From positions 1 through 31,699 of IMG/VR virus record IMGVR_UViG_3300050015_000188: 31,699 bases of DNA. One strand, given 5' to 3'. The position numbers were made by a program, and so were the translations under genes. Every line of letters starts with the position of its first letter. Position 1 is the first letter of the stretch. Below, piece by piece: positions 24,383 through 31,674 of the stretch. The notes under the pieces were generated by a model. The model worked only from the letters and a program-made list of their open reading frames with translations, had not been told where the DNA came from and searched no databases. This DNA comes from a virus.

Positions 24383-24827
24383 ATTTTTACATGAGTTTAT
24401 GTGTTATGGAGATTCAACAGAAAAACATGATAATGGCTGGTGGGAAATTGATGGTGACTATCTATACAATACTGCTGGAGGCAGACATTCTTACATTCCA
24501 AAAGCAGACGATATAATTGCTGAAGCAGATGATATAACAGGTCTTGATTGGAGTCACCTAATAAAAGATGATTGCCCCACAGGATGGGTAGATCTTGATG
24601 GAAAATTCTATGGTTGTGAAGTTGAAGCCCATTCCGCAGTAGCAAGATTATATTTTAAGTCAGATGAAAAGGAATTAGAAGAACTTGGGTGGGTAAAGAT
24701 ATTCAGAAGTTTTAATGATAAGTCGCTTACTTTTTATTGTGAAAATCGAAATATGAATAAACAACAAGAAGATTGTTTAATTGAAAGTGGATTGCTTGAA
24801 AAGAAATGGGGCAGAAACAATGGCTAA
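24375..24827 (+). CDS. Hypothetical protein
   Basis: 150 aa, GGAGG RBS, translationally coupled on both sides. Confidence 0.65.
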   Translation: MAKFLHEFMCYGDSTEKHDNGWWEIDGDYLYNTAGGRHSYIPKADDIIAEADDITGLDWSHLIKDDCPTGWVDLDGKFYGCEVEAHSAVARLYFKSDEKELEELGWVKIFRSFNDKSLTFYCENRNMNKQQEDCLIESGLLEKKWGRNNG

Positions 24828-24975
24828 AGTAAAAGTGTTTGATATTAATAAGTTTGAGGATTATCTTGAAGAAACGAAAGGTTCTCGTATACTTACTGAA
24901 ATTAATAAATGTGACGGTAAACCAGCAACAGACAATGATATTTTGATGGGTTGGTACAGGGAGGTAGAACAATGA
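24820..24975 (+). CDS. Hypothetical protein (51 aa)
   Basis: ATG 24820 overlaps the upstream stop. An ATGA overlap links it to the next gene. Confidence 0.5.
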   Translation: MAKVKVFDINKFEDYLEETKGSRILTEINKCDGKPATDNDILMGWYREVEQ

Positions 24976-25202
24976 AAATATATGAACTGATAAATCAAAA
25001 AGCCGATACAAACATATCGCTTGAGGATATGGTGAAATTGTTTGTAGGATTAAATTTTACCATTTGTAATGTTATCAGATACACAGATGATGTCGCATAT
25101 GCAACCTTAAAAAATGCTAAAGGCAAGTTGTGTGATCCGATTTATTGTGGCTACTGTTCAAAAAAGATTAAACAATTTTTCAACACAGAATTGGAGGTAT
25201 AG
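24972..25202 (+). CDS. Hypothetical protein (76 aa)
   Basis: ATG 24972 with GGGAGG upstream. Confidence 0.55.
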   Translation: MKIYELINQKADTNISLEDMVKLFVGLNFTICNVIRYTDDVAYATLKNAKGKLCDPIYCGYCSKKIKQFFNTELEV

Positions 25203-25204
25203 AT

Positions 25205-25285
25205 ATGAATCCCGATATTGGGTTAGTTTTTTATCTTGTAGTAGTTGCGGTTGTGATATTTATTGCAATAAAAAAGGGAGGGTAA
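25205..25285 (+). CDS. Possible 26-aa single-TM micropeptide
   Basis: MNPDIGLVFYLVVVAVVIFIAIKKGG fills the gap between neighbouring genes exactly. Confidence 0.3.
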   Translation: MNPDIGLVFYLVVVAVVIFIAIKKGG

Positions 25286-25288
25286 ACT

Positions 25289-25570
25289 ATGAAAGTATGG
25301 CAAGTAATCAGCGAGCAAAGGGGCAAGGGTGAGAGCAAGGAGGAGATAAGGGAGTTATTTGACAATGAACTATTTTACCATTGCGTGAATGGCACATTGC
25401 ATAAATATTTTAATGCTGATGTCAAATCTAAAATGGATAATATTTGTGAGAGACTTTGCCACGAACTTTTTATTGATGATGATTATGAAGACCCTTGGGA
25501 AAAATGTGATTCTGCTTGTTGCGAAGTTTGCCTTGATAAATTCCTTGAAAGTGAGGTTGACAATGACTAA
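25289..25570 (+). CDS. Hypothetical acidic Cys-rich protein
   Basis: 93 aa, GGGAGGG RBS. Confidence 0.6.
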   Translation: MKVWQVISEQRGKGESKEEIRELFDNELFYHCVNGTLHKYFNADVKSKMDNICERLCHELFIDDDYEDPWEKCDSACCEVCLDKFLESEVDND

Positions 25571-25636
25571 ACAGTTGACATCACAAAAGCAATCGGCGAG
25601 AAAATAGTAAAATCGAAATGAGGGAGGTAAAGGGGA

Positions 25637-26230
25637 ATGGGAGATAGCAATAAACTTATACTTGACGCTTGCTGTGGAAGTCGAATGTTTTGGTTTGACA
25701 AAAATAATCCTAATGTAATGTTTATGGACAATAGAGAACTTGACACAACCCTGTGTGATGGCCGAAAGTTGATTATTTCACCAGACACTATTGCAGACTT
25801 TAGGGATATACCATTTGCTGACAATTCTTTTTACCTTGTTGTGTTTGATCCGCCACACCTAATCAAAGTTGGAGATACTTCTTGGCTTGCTAAAAAGTAT
25901 GGGAAATTAGACAAGGTTACTTGGAGAGATGATATTCAAAAAGGGTTCAATGAGTGTATGCGAGTCTTAAAGCCGAACGGAACACTAATATTTAAGTGGA
26001 ACGAAACCGATGTATCTATAAGGGAAATTATCAAAGTTATTGGCTGTGAACCGTTATTCGGTCATACAACAAAGGCAAGTGGAAATACAACTTGGCTGTG
26101 TTTTATGAAATTAGATTTTGTTCCGGAAGAAAATGCAGAATTGTTATTTAAAATTGAGGAGTTAGAATATGAAATATATCAGTTGAAAAACAATCAGTCT
26201 TTGTCAGAATTTTGCAGGTTAAATCAGTAG
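25637..26230 (+). CDS. SAM-dependent methyltransferase (probable orphan DNA N6-A/N4-C methyltransferase)
   Basis: Motif I-like ILDACCGSRMFW and motif IV-like VVFDPPHL in that order, followed by LKPNGTLIFKW. No restriction partner is nearby. Confidence 0.6.
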   Translation: MGDSNKLILDACCGSRMFWFDKNNPNVMFMDNRELDTTLCDGRKLIISPDTIADFRDIPFADNSFYLVVFDPPHLIKVGDTSWLAKKYGKLDKVTWRDDIQKGFNECMRVLKPNGTLIFKWNETDVSIREIIKVIGCEPLFGHTTKASGNTTWLCFMKLDFVPEENAELLFKIEELEYEIYQLKNNQSLSEFCRLNQ

Positions 26231-26282
26231 TATTAGGCAAAATGAGCATTTTGGACAATAAGAAAAGGAGGGAATATGAAAT

Positions 26283-26576
26283 ATGATAATGTTAGGGAAT
26301 TTAAGTTTTAAAGATATTTACAATGTAAGCGGAACAGACCAAGACCAAGAGGAACAGGACATGTGTTACAAGAATGTTATCAATGGACTTGCGGAGTTAG
26401 GTATAAGGCACGAGGCAAATTGTGATAAGCATGGGAGAACGATTAACACATATCACATATTTGATTTGCCGAGAATGATTGTGTTTAATGTTGTTGACCA
26501 AGAAGTAAGGGATAAAATTCAAGAATTGTTAGTTGCTAATATGCCATATCACACAGTTCAAGTTGGATATAATTAA
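26283..26576 (+). CDS. Hypothetical protein
   Basis: 97 aa, GGAGGG RBS about 10 nt upstream. Confidence 0.55.
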   Translation: MIMLGNLSFKDIYNVSGTDQDQEEQDMCYKNVINGLAELGIRHEANCDKHGRTINTYHIFDLPRMIVFNVVDQEVRDKIQELLVANMPYHTVQVGYN

Positions 26577-26633
26577 CAGACTTGCATATTTGAAGAATAT
26601 AATTGGCATAAAAAATAAGGGAGGAAGAATGAA

Positions 26634-27065
26634 ATGGAAAGATATTCAGATGAATGGTTTGTAGAAGAAAAAAGAAAGTTAGCAGAGCAAAAGAAAAATG
26701 CAGTTGAAGTTAAACCCGAAGATGTTAAAACAATGTTGTTTTGTGAGGAAATTGATGATAATGAAAGTGCGTTCTTCAGCGATATGCAAGATTACTTAGA
26801 CCAAAAAGATTACTTGCTATTGGATTTTGATGAAGATAATATTCCACAGATACTTTGGGTTACAAAAGAACAAAAAATTAGTATTGATGCGGATTGGATT
26901 GTTGAAAGTGCGACGGAAGAAATGTGTGAGCAGGCATCAGAAATGTGTGACATAAAAGGGTTGCAAATACTACTTGATGAATGGTGTGCCGAACAGACAG
27001 GGCTGTCATACGAACCTTGTTACGAACAGTATGTTGTTATTCCGTATGAGGAGGTAACAACATGA
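26634..27065 (+). CDS. Hypothetical strongly acidic protein
   Basis: 143 aa, very rich in D/E, GGGAGG RBS, ATGA-type overlap with the next gene. Confidence 0.6.
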   Translation: MERYSDEWFVEEKRKLAEQKKNAVEVKPEDVKTMLFCEEIDDNESAFFSDMQDYLDQKDYLLLDFDEDNIPQILWVTKEQKISIDADWIVESATEEMCEQASEMCDIKGLQILLDEWCAEQTGLSYEPCYEQYVVIPYEEVTT

Positions 27066-27838
27066 TTAACACGAAAATAGAATGGTGCGACAGTTCATGG
27101 AATCCTGTCACAGGTTGTTTTAATAATTGTGAGTACTGTTATGCAAGGAGGATTGCTAATAGATTTGACGGAAAATGTTTGCCTAAAAGAGAATACGAAC
27201 TATCTAACGAATTAGACGCTCCGATTACAGATGTAAATGGACATAAACAGGCATATCCATTTGGTTTTGAACCAACACTTCACAGATACAGACTTGATGA
27301 TTACAAAGACAAAAAACCTCAGAACATCTTTGTTTGTTCTATGGCTGATCTTTTTGGTGATTGGGTACCGGACAGTTGGATCCAAGAAGTATTCGAAGCG
27401 TGTATAAACGCACCACAGCATAACTATATTTTTCTCACTAAAAACCCGAAACGATATATAGAATTGATAAAGTCACGCAGTTTACCACCCGGAAAAAACT
27501 TTTGGTATGGTACAACAATAACAACACAGGAACACGATTTTTTCTTTAGCGATACACTTAACTCATTTGTAAGCATAGAACCTATACAGGAAAACTTTTA
27601 CAAAGGTGGAAGCCAACGATTAACACGATTGAATTGGGTTATCATCGGCGCAGAAACAGGGAACAGAAAAGGAAAAATCATACCTAAAAAAGAATGGATA
27701 GATAATATTGTTAATGACTGCAAAGCATTTGGAATCCCTGTCTTTATGAAAGATAGTTTACTTCCCATAATGGGCGAAGAAAATATGCTAAGACAATTTC
27801 CTAAGGGATTACAAGAGGAGGACATATGCAGCAACTAA
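27062..27838 (+). CDS. Phage Gp37/Gp68 family protein (DUF5131)
   Basis: N-terminus KIEWCDSSWNPVTGCFNNCEYCYA is the family signature, and NWVIIGAETG lies in the C-terminal part. Confidence 0.85.
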   Translation: MINTKIEWCDSSWNPVTGCFNNCEYCYARRIANRFDGKCLPKREYELSNELDAPITDVNGHKQAYPFGFEPTLHRYRLDDYKDKKPQNIFVCSMADLFGDWVPDSWIQEVFEACINAPQHNYIFLTKNPKRYIELIKSRSLPPGKNFWYGTTITTQEHDFFFSDTLNSFVSIEPIQENFYKGGSQRLTRLNWVIIGAETGNRKGKIIPKKEWIDNIVNDCKAFGIPVFMKDSLLPIMGEENMLRQFPKGLQEEDICSN

Positions 27839-27866
27839 CGTTTATTGATTATGAGGGAGGTTTACA

Positions 27867-28040
27867 ATGGGAATAAATGTATTAAGTTTGTTTGACGGAA
27901 TCAGTTGTGGGCAGGTTGCGCTTGAAAGAGCCGGAATAAAGGTTGATAATTATTTTGCAAGCGAGATAGATAAGTATGCAATAACGGTTACGCAGCGGAA
28001 TTATCCCGATACGATCCAGCTGGGAGATGTTACCAAATAG
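27867..28040 (+). pseudogene. Truncated DNA (cytosine-5) methyltransferase: only the N-terminal 57 codons (motif I)
   Basis: MGINVLSLFDGISCGQVALERAGIKVDNYFASEIDKYAITVTQRNYPDTIQLGDVTK then TAG. GAGGGAGG RBS is present. No PCQ, ENV or QRR motifs are seen in any frame downstream. Confidence 0.8.
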
Positions 28041-28086
28041 AAAGGGGTAAGTAATATGGCACGCAGAAGAATGAGAGGTATTACAA

Positions 28087-28932
28087 ATGGGTAGATCAGT
28101 TAAAAAAGGTTTAGATTTCTTTCCTATCGACATTGTTTTTGATGATAGCATAGAATTGCTGCAAGCCGAATGTGGAATTGCTTCACTAGGAATACTTATT
28201 AAAATTTGGCAAAAGATTTATCAAAATGGATATTATGTTGAGTGGAACGATGATGTTGCTTTACTTTTTTCACAACACAATAGGCTTGAAATTGAGCAGA
28301 TAAATAATGTCATTTTAGTATGTTTAAGGCGCAAAATTTTTAACGAAGATTTATACAATAATTTCGGAATTTTAACAAGTTCTGGTATTCAGAAGCGTTT
28401 TTTAAAGATTTGCAAAGATTCCAAAAGAAGTAATATTTGCGTTTATTCCGAATTTATGCTCGTTTCTTCCGAATTTATCGACATTGTTACGGAATTTATC
28501 GCGTTTATTCCCGATAAACTCGGAAGAAAGTACACAAAGAAAGGAAAGGAACTAAAGAAAGGAAAGAAAGGAAATACTTCCGAAATAAATCCGGAAGAAA
28601 AACCCGCTGTTTTTTCTCTTGAAAATTCCGTTGAAGATTCTTTTGATGATGAAAACTTAAAATTAGCATTTTTGGATTACGCCGAAATGCGGGAGAAAAA
28701 GAAAAAGCCGATTAACACACAAGGTATATTTAAGCGACTGATAAATCAGCTTGAAAAATATGATATTACAACACGGCTTGCAATGCTTGATAAATCAATA
28801 ATCAATGGGTGGACGGATTTATATGAACTCAACAACAATGTGAGAGGTAAGCCAAAGGGCGGAAATTTTAAACAGCGCGAATATAACAAGCAAGACTTAG
28901 AAAAATTGTACTTGAACAAAAAGGGAGGTTAA
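28087..28932 (+). CDS. Replication initiator/organiser (DUF4373 N-terminal domain, conserved phage C-terminal domain)
   Basis: GLDFFPIDIVFDDSIELLQAECGIASLGILIKIWQKIY matches the Lin1244/Lin1753-like N-terminal domain. The C-terminus ...KKKKPINTQGIFKRLINQLEKY...LDKSIINGWTDLYE matches the conserved phage replication-protein C-terminus. A Lys-rich linker coincides with the iterons. Confidence 0.7.
   Translation: MGRSVKKGLDFFPIDIVFDDSIELLQAECGIASLGILIKIWQKIYQNGYYVEWNDDVALLFSQHNRLEIEQINNVILVCLRRKIFNEDLYNNFGILTSSGIQKRFLKICKDSKRSNICVYSEFMLVSSEFIDIVTEFIAFIPDKLGRKYTKKGKELKKGKKGNTSEINPEEKPAVFSLENSVEDSFDDENLKLAFLDYAEMREKKKKPINTQGIFKRLINQLEKYDITTRLAMLDKSIINGWTDLYELNNNVRGKPKGGNFKQREYNKQDLEKLYLNKKGG
28446..28499 (+). 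repeat. Three direct iterons TTCCGAATTTAT (third copy TACGGAATTTAT) spaced exactly 21 bp; candidate ori
   Basis: Copies lie at 28446-28457, 28467-28478 and 28488-28499, with a degenerate fourth (TTCCCGATAAAC) at about 28508. Confidence 0.7.
28578..28596. repeat. Head-to-head iteron pair TTCCGAAATAAATCCGGAA after a purine-rich tract (28523-28576)
   Basis: ATAAATCCGGAA (28585-28596) is the reverse complement of the iteron with one mismatch. Confidence 0.6.
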
Positions 28933-28936
28933 CACA

Positions 28937-29176
28937 ATGGCACACAAAGTTAATTACGATTTCAACCGTTCAAGACAAGGTAAAGAACCAACCGCAGAAC
29001 AAAAACTCGCAGTGGCCACATTGATGTCAAATAGTGACATTGAAAAACAAACAGCAATTGATGCACTCACTTATTGCAAAGACCACCCGGAGATTACACC
29101 GACTGAATATGTCGCACTGATAGGCAATCCATTGTTTATGACAAAGTTAAAAATTGCAGAGAGGAGAATAAAATGA
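28937..29176 (+). CDS. Hypothetical protein
   Basis: 79 aa, GGGAGG RBS, ATGA overlap with the next small ORF. Confidence 0.6.
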   Translation: MAHKVNYDFNRSRQGKEPTAEQKLAVATLMSNSDIEKQTAIDALTYCKDHPEITPTEYVALIGNPLFMTKLKIAERRIK

Positions 29177-29292
29177 TTAACCAAATATTTTTCAATATGA
29201 TCTCAATTTTAGGAATTGTAATCATTGCCGGACTGATAGTGATAACCGTTGTGTCGGTCGCAAAAGAAATAATAAAGATTATTAAAAAATAA
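29173..29292 (+). CDS. Possible 39-aa single-TM micropeptide
   Basis: MINQIFFNMISILGIVIIAGLIVITVVSVAKEIIKIIKK. ATGA coupling to the upstream gene. Below the ORF-track cutoff. Confidence 0.45.
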   Translation: MINQIFFNMISILGIVIIAGLIVITVVSVAKEIIKIIKK

Positions 29293-29309
29293 GAGAGGAC
29301 AAACCCAAT

Positions 29310-29714
29310 ATGAGAAACTACTACCCAAAATACATGAAACCTTTTATTTTTAGACAGGTAATAAATATCTGTCAATCGTATTACGAACTGATTGCCGAAA
29401 AGGAAAGCATAGACTTGCAGATACTCAACGCGTCTAATCGCTCAATAGACGGCCAACCTCGGGGAAATGGTACAAGCAACCCAACAGAAGAAAAAGCATT
29501 AAAACTCTGTGAGATGAAAAAGAATATCGACAAAGAACTGCAGGCGGTTGACCAGGCACTTATAACATTCGCAGATGATGAGAGGGAGTTGCTGAAAGAG
29601 AATGTGTTAAAGGGTGTGCCGATACAGCAGTGTTTTTACATGAAATGTGAGAGGTCGGCACAAGATGTACGCAAGAAGTTTTTTTTGATGGTTAAAGAAA
29701 ATTTAGGATTATGA
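29310..29714 (+). CDS. ArpU/RinA-like late-gene transcriptional activator
   Basis: 134 aa, GNGTSNPTEEKA central motif, sigma-region-4-like C-terminus. It is the last regulatory gene before the packaging module. Confidence 0.55.
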   Translation: MRNYYPKYMKPFIFRQVINICQSYYELIAEKESIDLQILNASNRSIDGQPRGNGTSNPTEEKALKLCEMKKNIDKELQAVDQALITFADDERELLKENVLKGVPIQQCFYMKCERSAQDVRKKFFLMVKENLGL

Positions 29715-29730
29715 GGAGGGGGAAAAGAAA

Positions 29731-30021
29731 ATGAGTGCAACAGCATATTGCAGAGGTCATAAAGTCCATTATGACGAATTGAAAAGGACATGGGTTATCA
29801 ATAAAACCAACACAAGATACTATGATGATATACCGTGTAAGCACTGTGGGGAAACTCCGACAGGGTTAGGACATGATTCTTGTATAGGCTTACTTGACGG
29901 AGTATCGAATGCTTGCTGCGGCCACGGGGTAATAAAAGACGCATACATTCAATTCAGTGATGGTTTTGTAATTAGAGGAATATGCGCAATTCAGGCACAG
30001 GCAATATTAAAAAATAAATAA
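29731..30021 (+). CDS. Hypothetical Cys/His-rich (zinc-binding?) protein
   Basis: 96 aa with CRGH, CKHCG, HDSC and ACCGHG clusters. GGAGGGGG RBS. Confidence 0.6.
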   Translation: MSATAYCRGHKVHYDELKRTWVINKTNTRYYDDIPCKHCGETPTGLGHDSCIGLLDGVSNACCGHGVIKDAYIQFSDGFVIRGICAIQAQAILKNK

Positions 30022-30092
30022 TAATTATTTTCAGTTTTGCACTTATGGGGTAACTTTTTCTGTTATTATGCAAATGTGAATAAATATAAGGC

Positions 30093-30119
30093 GACCCGGA
30101 AACGGCCGTCTTTTTCTTT
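30093..30119 (+). terminator. Probable intrinsic terminator ending the early/middle operon
   Basis: GACCCG GAAA CGG(CC)GTC forms an imperfect stem (3+3 bp with a 2-nt bulge) followed by TTTTTCTTT. Confidence 0.4.
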
Positions 30120-30138
30120 ATCCAAATGGTAAATAAGG

Positions 30139-30152
30139 GAGTGTGGACACTC
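30139..30152. promoter_or_regulatory. Perfect palindrome GAGTGT-GG-ACACTC upstream of the late operon; a third GAGTGT lies at 30184-30189
   Basis: Read directly from the sequence. It lies between the terminator and the GTG start of the glycosyltransferase, where no sigma-A consensus promoter is visible. Confidence 0.4.
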
Positions 30153-30217
30153 ACATACAAAGCGCATAGGGGCGGGATTGCAAGAGTGTAAAAGTCAAAC
30201 TGAAAGGGAAATGATTT

Positions 30218-31342
30218 GTGAAAATTATACTTGTCGTTTCAGGCATATCAGAAATAGGCGGCGTAGAAACTTACTGTGTCAATTGGTGTAAGAGATTATG
30301 TGGAACTTATGAAATTGAATTAGTCTACGAGTATTGCCACGAGGTAAAGTTAAAAACATTATCGCAATATGCCACAATGACAAAGTTTAACCCAAACAAA
30401 ACATATAAAGCCGATAAAGTAATTTACGTTACAGGTTGGGGAAAATGTCATACAGTAAAAAACTATGAGGCTACATCAGGCGAATATTGGCAAGAGGTAC
30501 ACGCAGATTATGAGTACTATGCAAGTTCGCAGGCAGAGAATAGATTTACATATCAGCCACTATCTAACATCACAGGTTATATCTGTGTGAGCCAAACCGC
30601 CAAAGATAAACTGATTAAAAAATACAAAAGTGTTATCAAGACTGACAATATAATCGTGCTCTACAACATGGTTGACAATGAGGCACAAGGGCGAAAGTTA
30701 TTAAGACTAATAACAGCAACGCGCATAAGGCCTGAAAAAGGATGCAATCGAATGTTACAAATGGCTGACAAATTAAGAGAGGCTGACATTCCATTTGTTT
30801 GGGAGGTATACGGCGATATAGATTTCAAACCTTATGGTGTGGAGTGGGCGAAGAAAGTTGTTGACTATTCCGAGTTTATCGTACATGGCAGAAAGCACAA
30901 TCTGCACAACGAGATTAAGTCAGCGGATTATCTTGTGCAACTCTCCAACAGCGAGGGTTATTGTATGAGCATATGTGAGGCATTGCAACAAGGCACACCA
31001 TGTATATGTACAGACTTCCCGAGTGTATACGAGCAACTGACAGATGGCATTAACGGTTATATCTTCAAAATGGACTTATCAGACTTTGATGTAAAAAAGA
31101 TATTGAATATACCAAAAGGGTTTAAGTACGAAGAAAAAACAAACGAAAGAGATTGGGTGAAACTTATGGGAGATCCAAAGAGCAAGACAAAGAAACCGGC
31201 ACTGATTGAGATTGTGTGTATTACACCATACAAAGACATGCAGCTTGATGAAAGACTCATAGCAGCGGGAGAAGTATTATCAGTAACAATAGATCGCGCA
31301 CAATACCTATGTGAGGATCGAAAGTATTGCAAATTAAAATAA
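30218..31342 (+). CDS. GT-B fold glycosyltransferase (GT4 / glycosyl transferases group 1-like)
   Basis: 374 aa, GTG start with AAAGGGA RBS. N-terminus KIILVVSGISEIGGVETY. E-x7-E region LSNSEGYCMSICEALQQGTPCICTDFPSVYEQLTDGINGYIF. Confidence 0.8.
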   Translation: MKIILVVSGISEIGGVETYCVNWCKRLCGTYEIELVYEYCHEVKLKTLSQYATMTKFNPNKTYKADKVIYVTGWGKCHTVKNYEATSGEYWQEVHADYEYYASSQAENRFTYQPLSNITGYICVSQTAKDKLIKKYKSVIKTDNIIVLYNMVDNEAQGRKLLRLITATRIRPEKGCNRMLQMADKLREADIPFVWEVYGDIDFKPYGVEWAKKVVDYSEFIVHGRKHNLHNEIKSADYLVQLSNSEGYCMSICEALQQGTPCICTDFPSVYEQLTDGINGYIFKMDLSDFDVKKILNIPKGFKYEEKTNERDWVKLMGDPKSKTKKPALIEIVCITPYKDMQLDERLIAAGEVLSVTIDRAQYLCEDRKYCKLK

Positions 31343-31359
31343 CTATGGAGATCTAACCA

Positions 31360-31674
31360 ATGCAGACAGTGGCAAAGCAGTTCTATAACAGCAAGCAGTG
31401 GAAGGATGTACGAAGTATATACATCGATAGTGTTCATGGATTATGTGAGAGATGTTCAAAAGATAATCAAATAGTACCGGGACTGATAGTACATCACAAG
31501 ATAAGACTGACAGCAAAGAACATAAAGGATCCAAACATATCACTTAACACAAACAACTTCGAGCTGCTATGTATTGATTGTCACAACCAAGAACACATGG
31601 GTAAAAAAGAAATAAGAGATTATGTTTTCGATGATGATGGCCAATTAATTTCAAAGTACACCCCCCTAGTTTGA
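31360..31674 (+). CDS. HNH endonuclease (terminase-associated)
   Basis: 104 aa. CERC...VHHKIRL...N...LLCIDCHNQEH is an HNH/zinc-finger motif. Located immediately upstream of terS across the circular junction. Confidence 0.88.
   Translation: MQTVAKQFYNSKQWKDVRSIYIDSVHGLCERCSKDNQIVPGLIVHHKIRLTAKNIKDPNISLNTNNFELLCIDCHNQEHMGKKEIRDYVFDDDGQLISKYTPLV

Noticed and set aside
27882-28151. 89-aa minus-strand ORF spanning the methyltransferase remnant and the replication gene start.
   Set aside because: The + strand here encodes a recognisable Dcm motif I segment and the DUF4373 N-terminus. The antisense translation has no recognisable features or RBS.
29136-29375. 79-aa minus-strand ORF.
   Set aside because: It overlaps the coupled + strand small ORF (29173-29292) and the start of the ArpU-like gene. 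It is an Ile/Phe-rich antisense artefact of AT-rich coding sequence.
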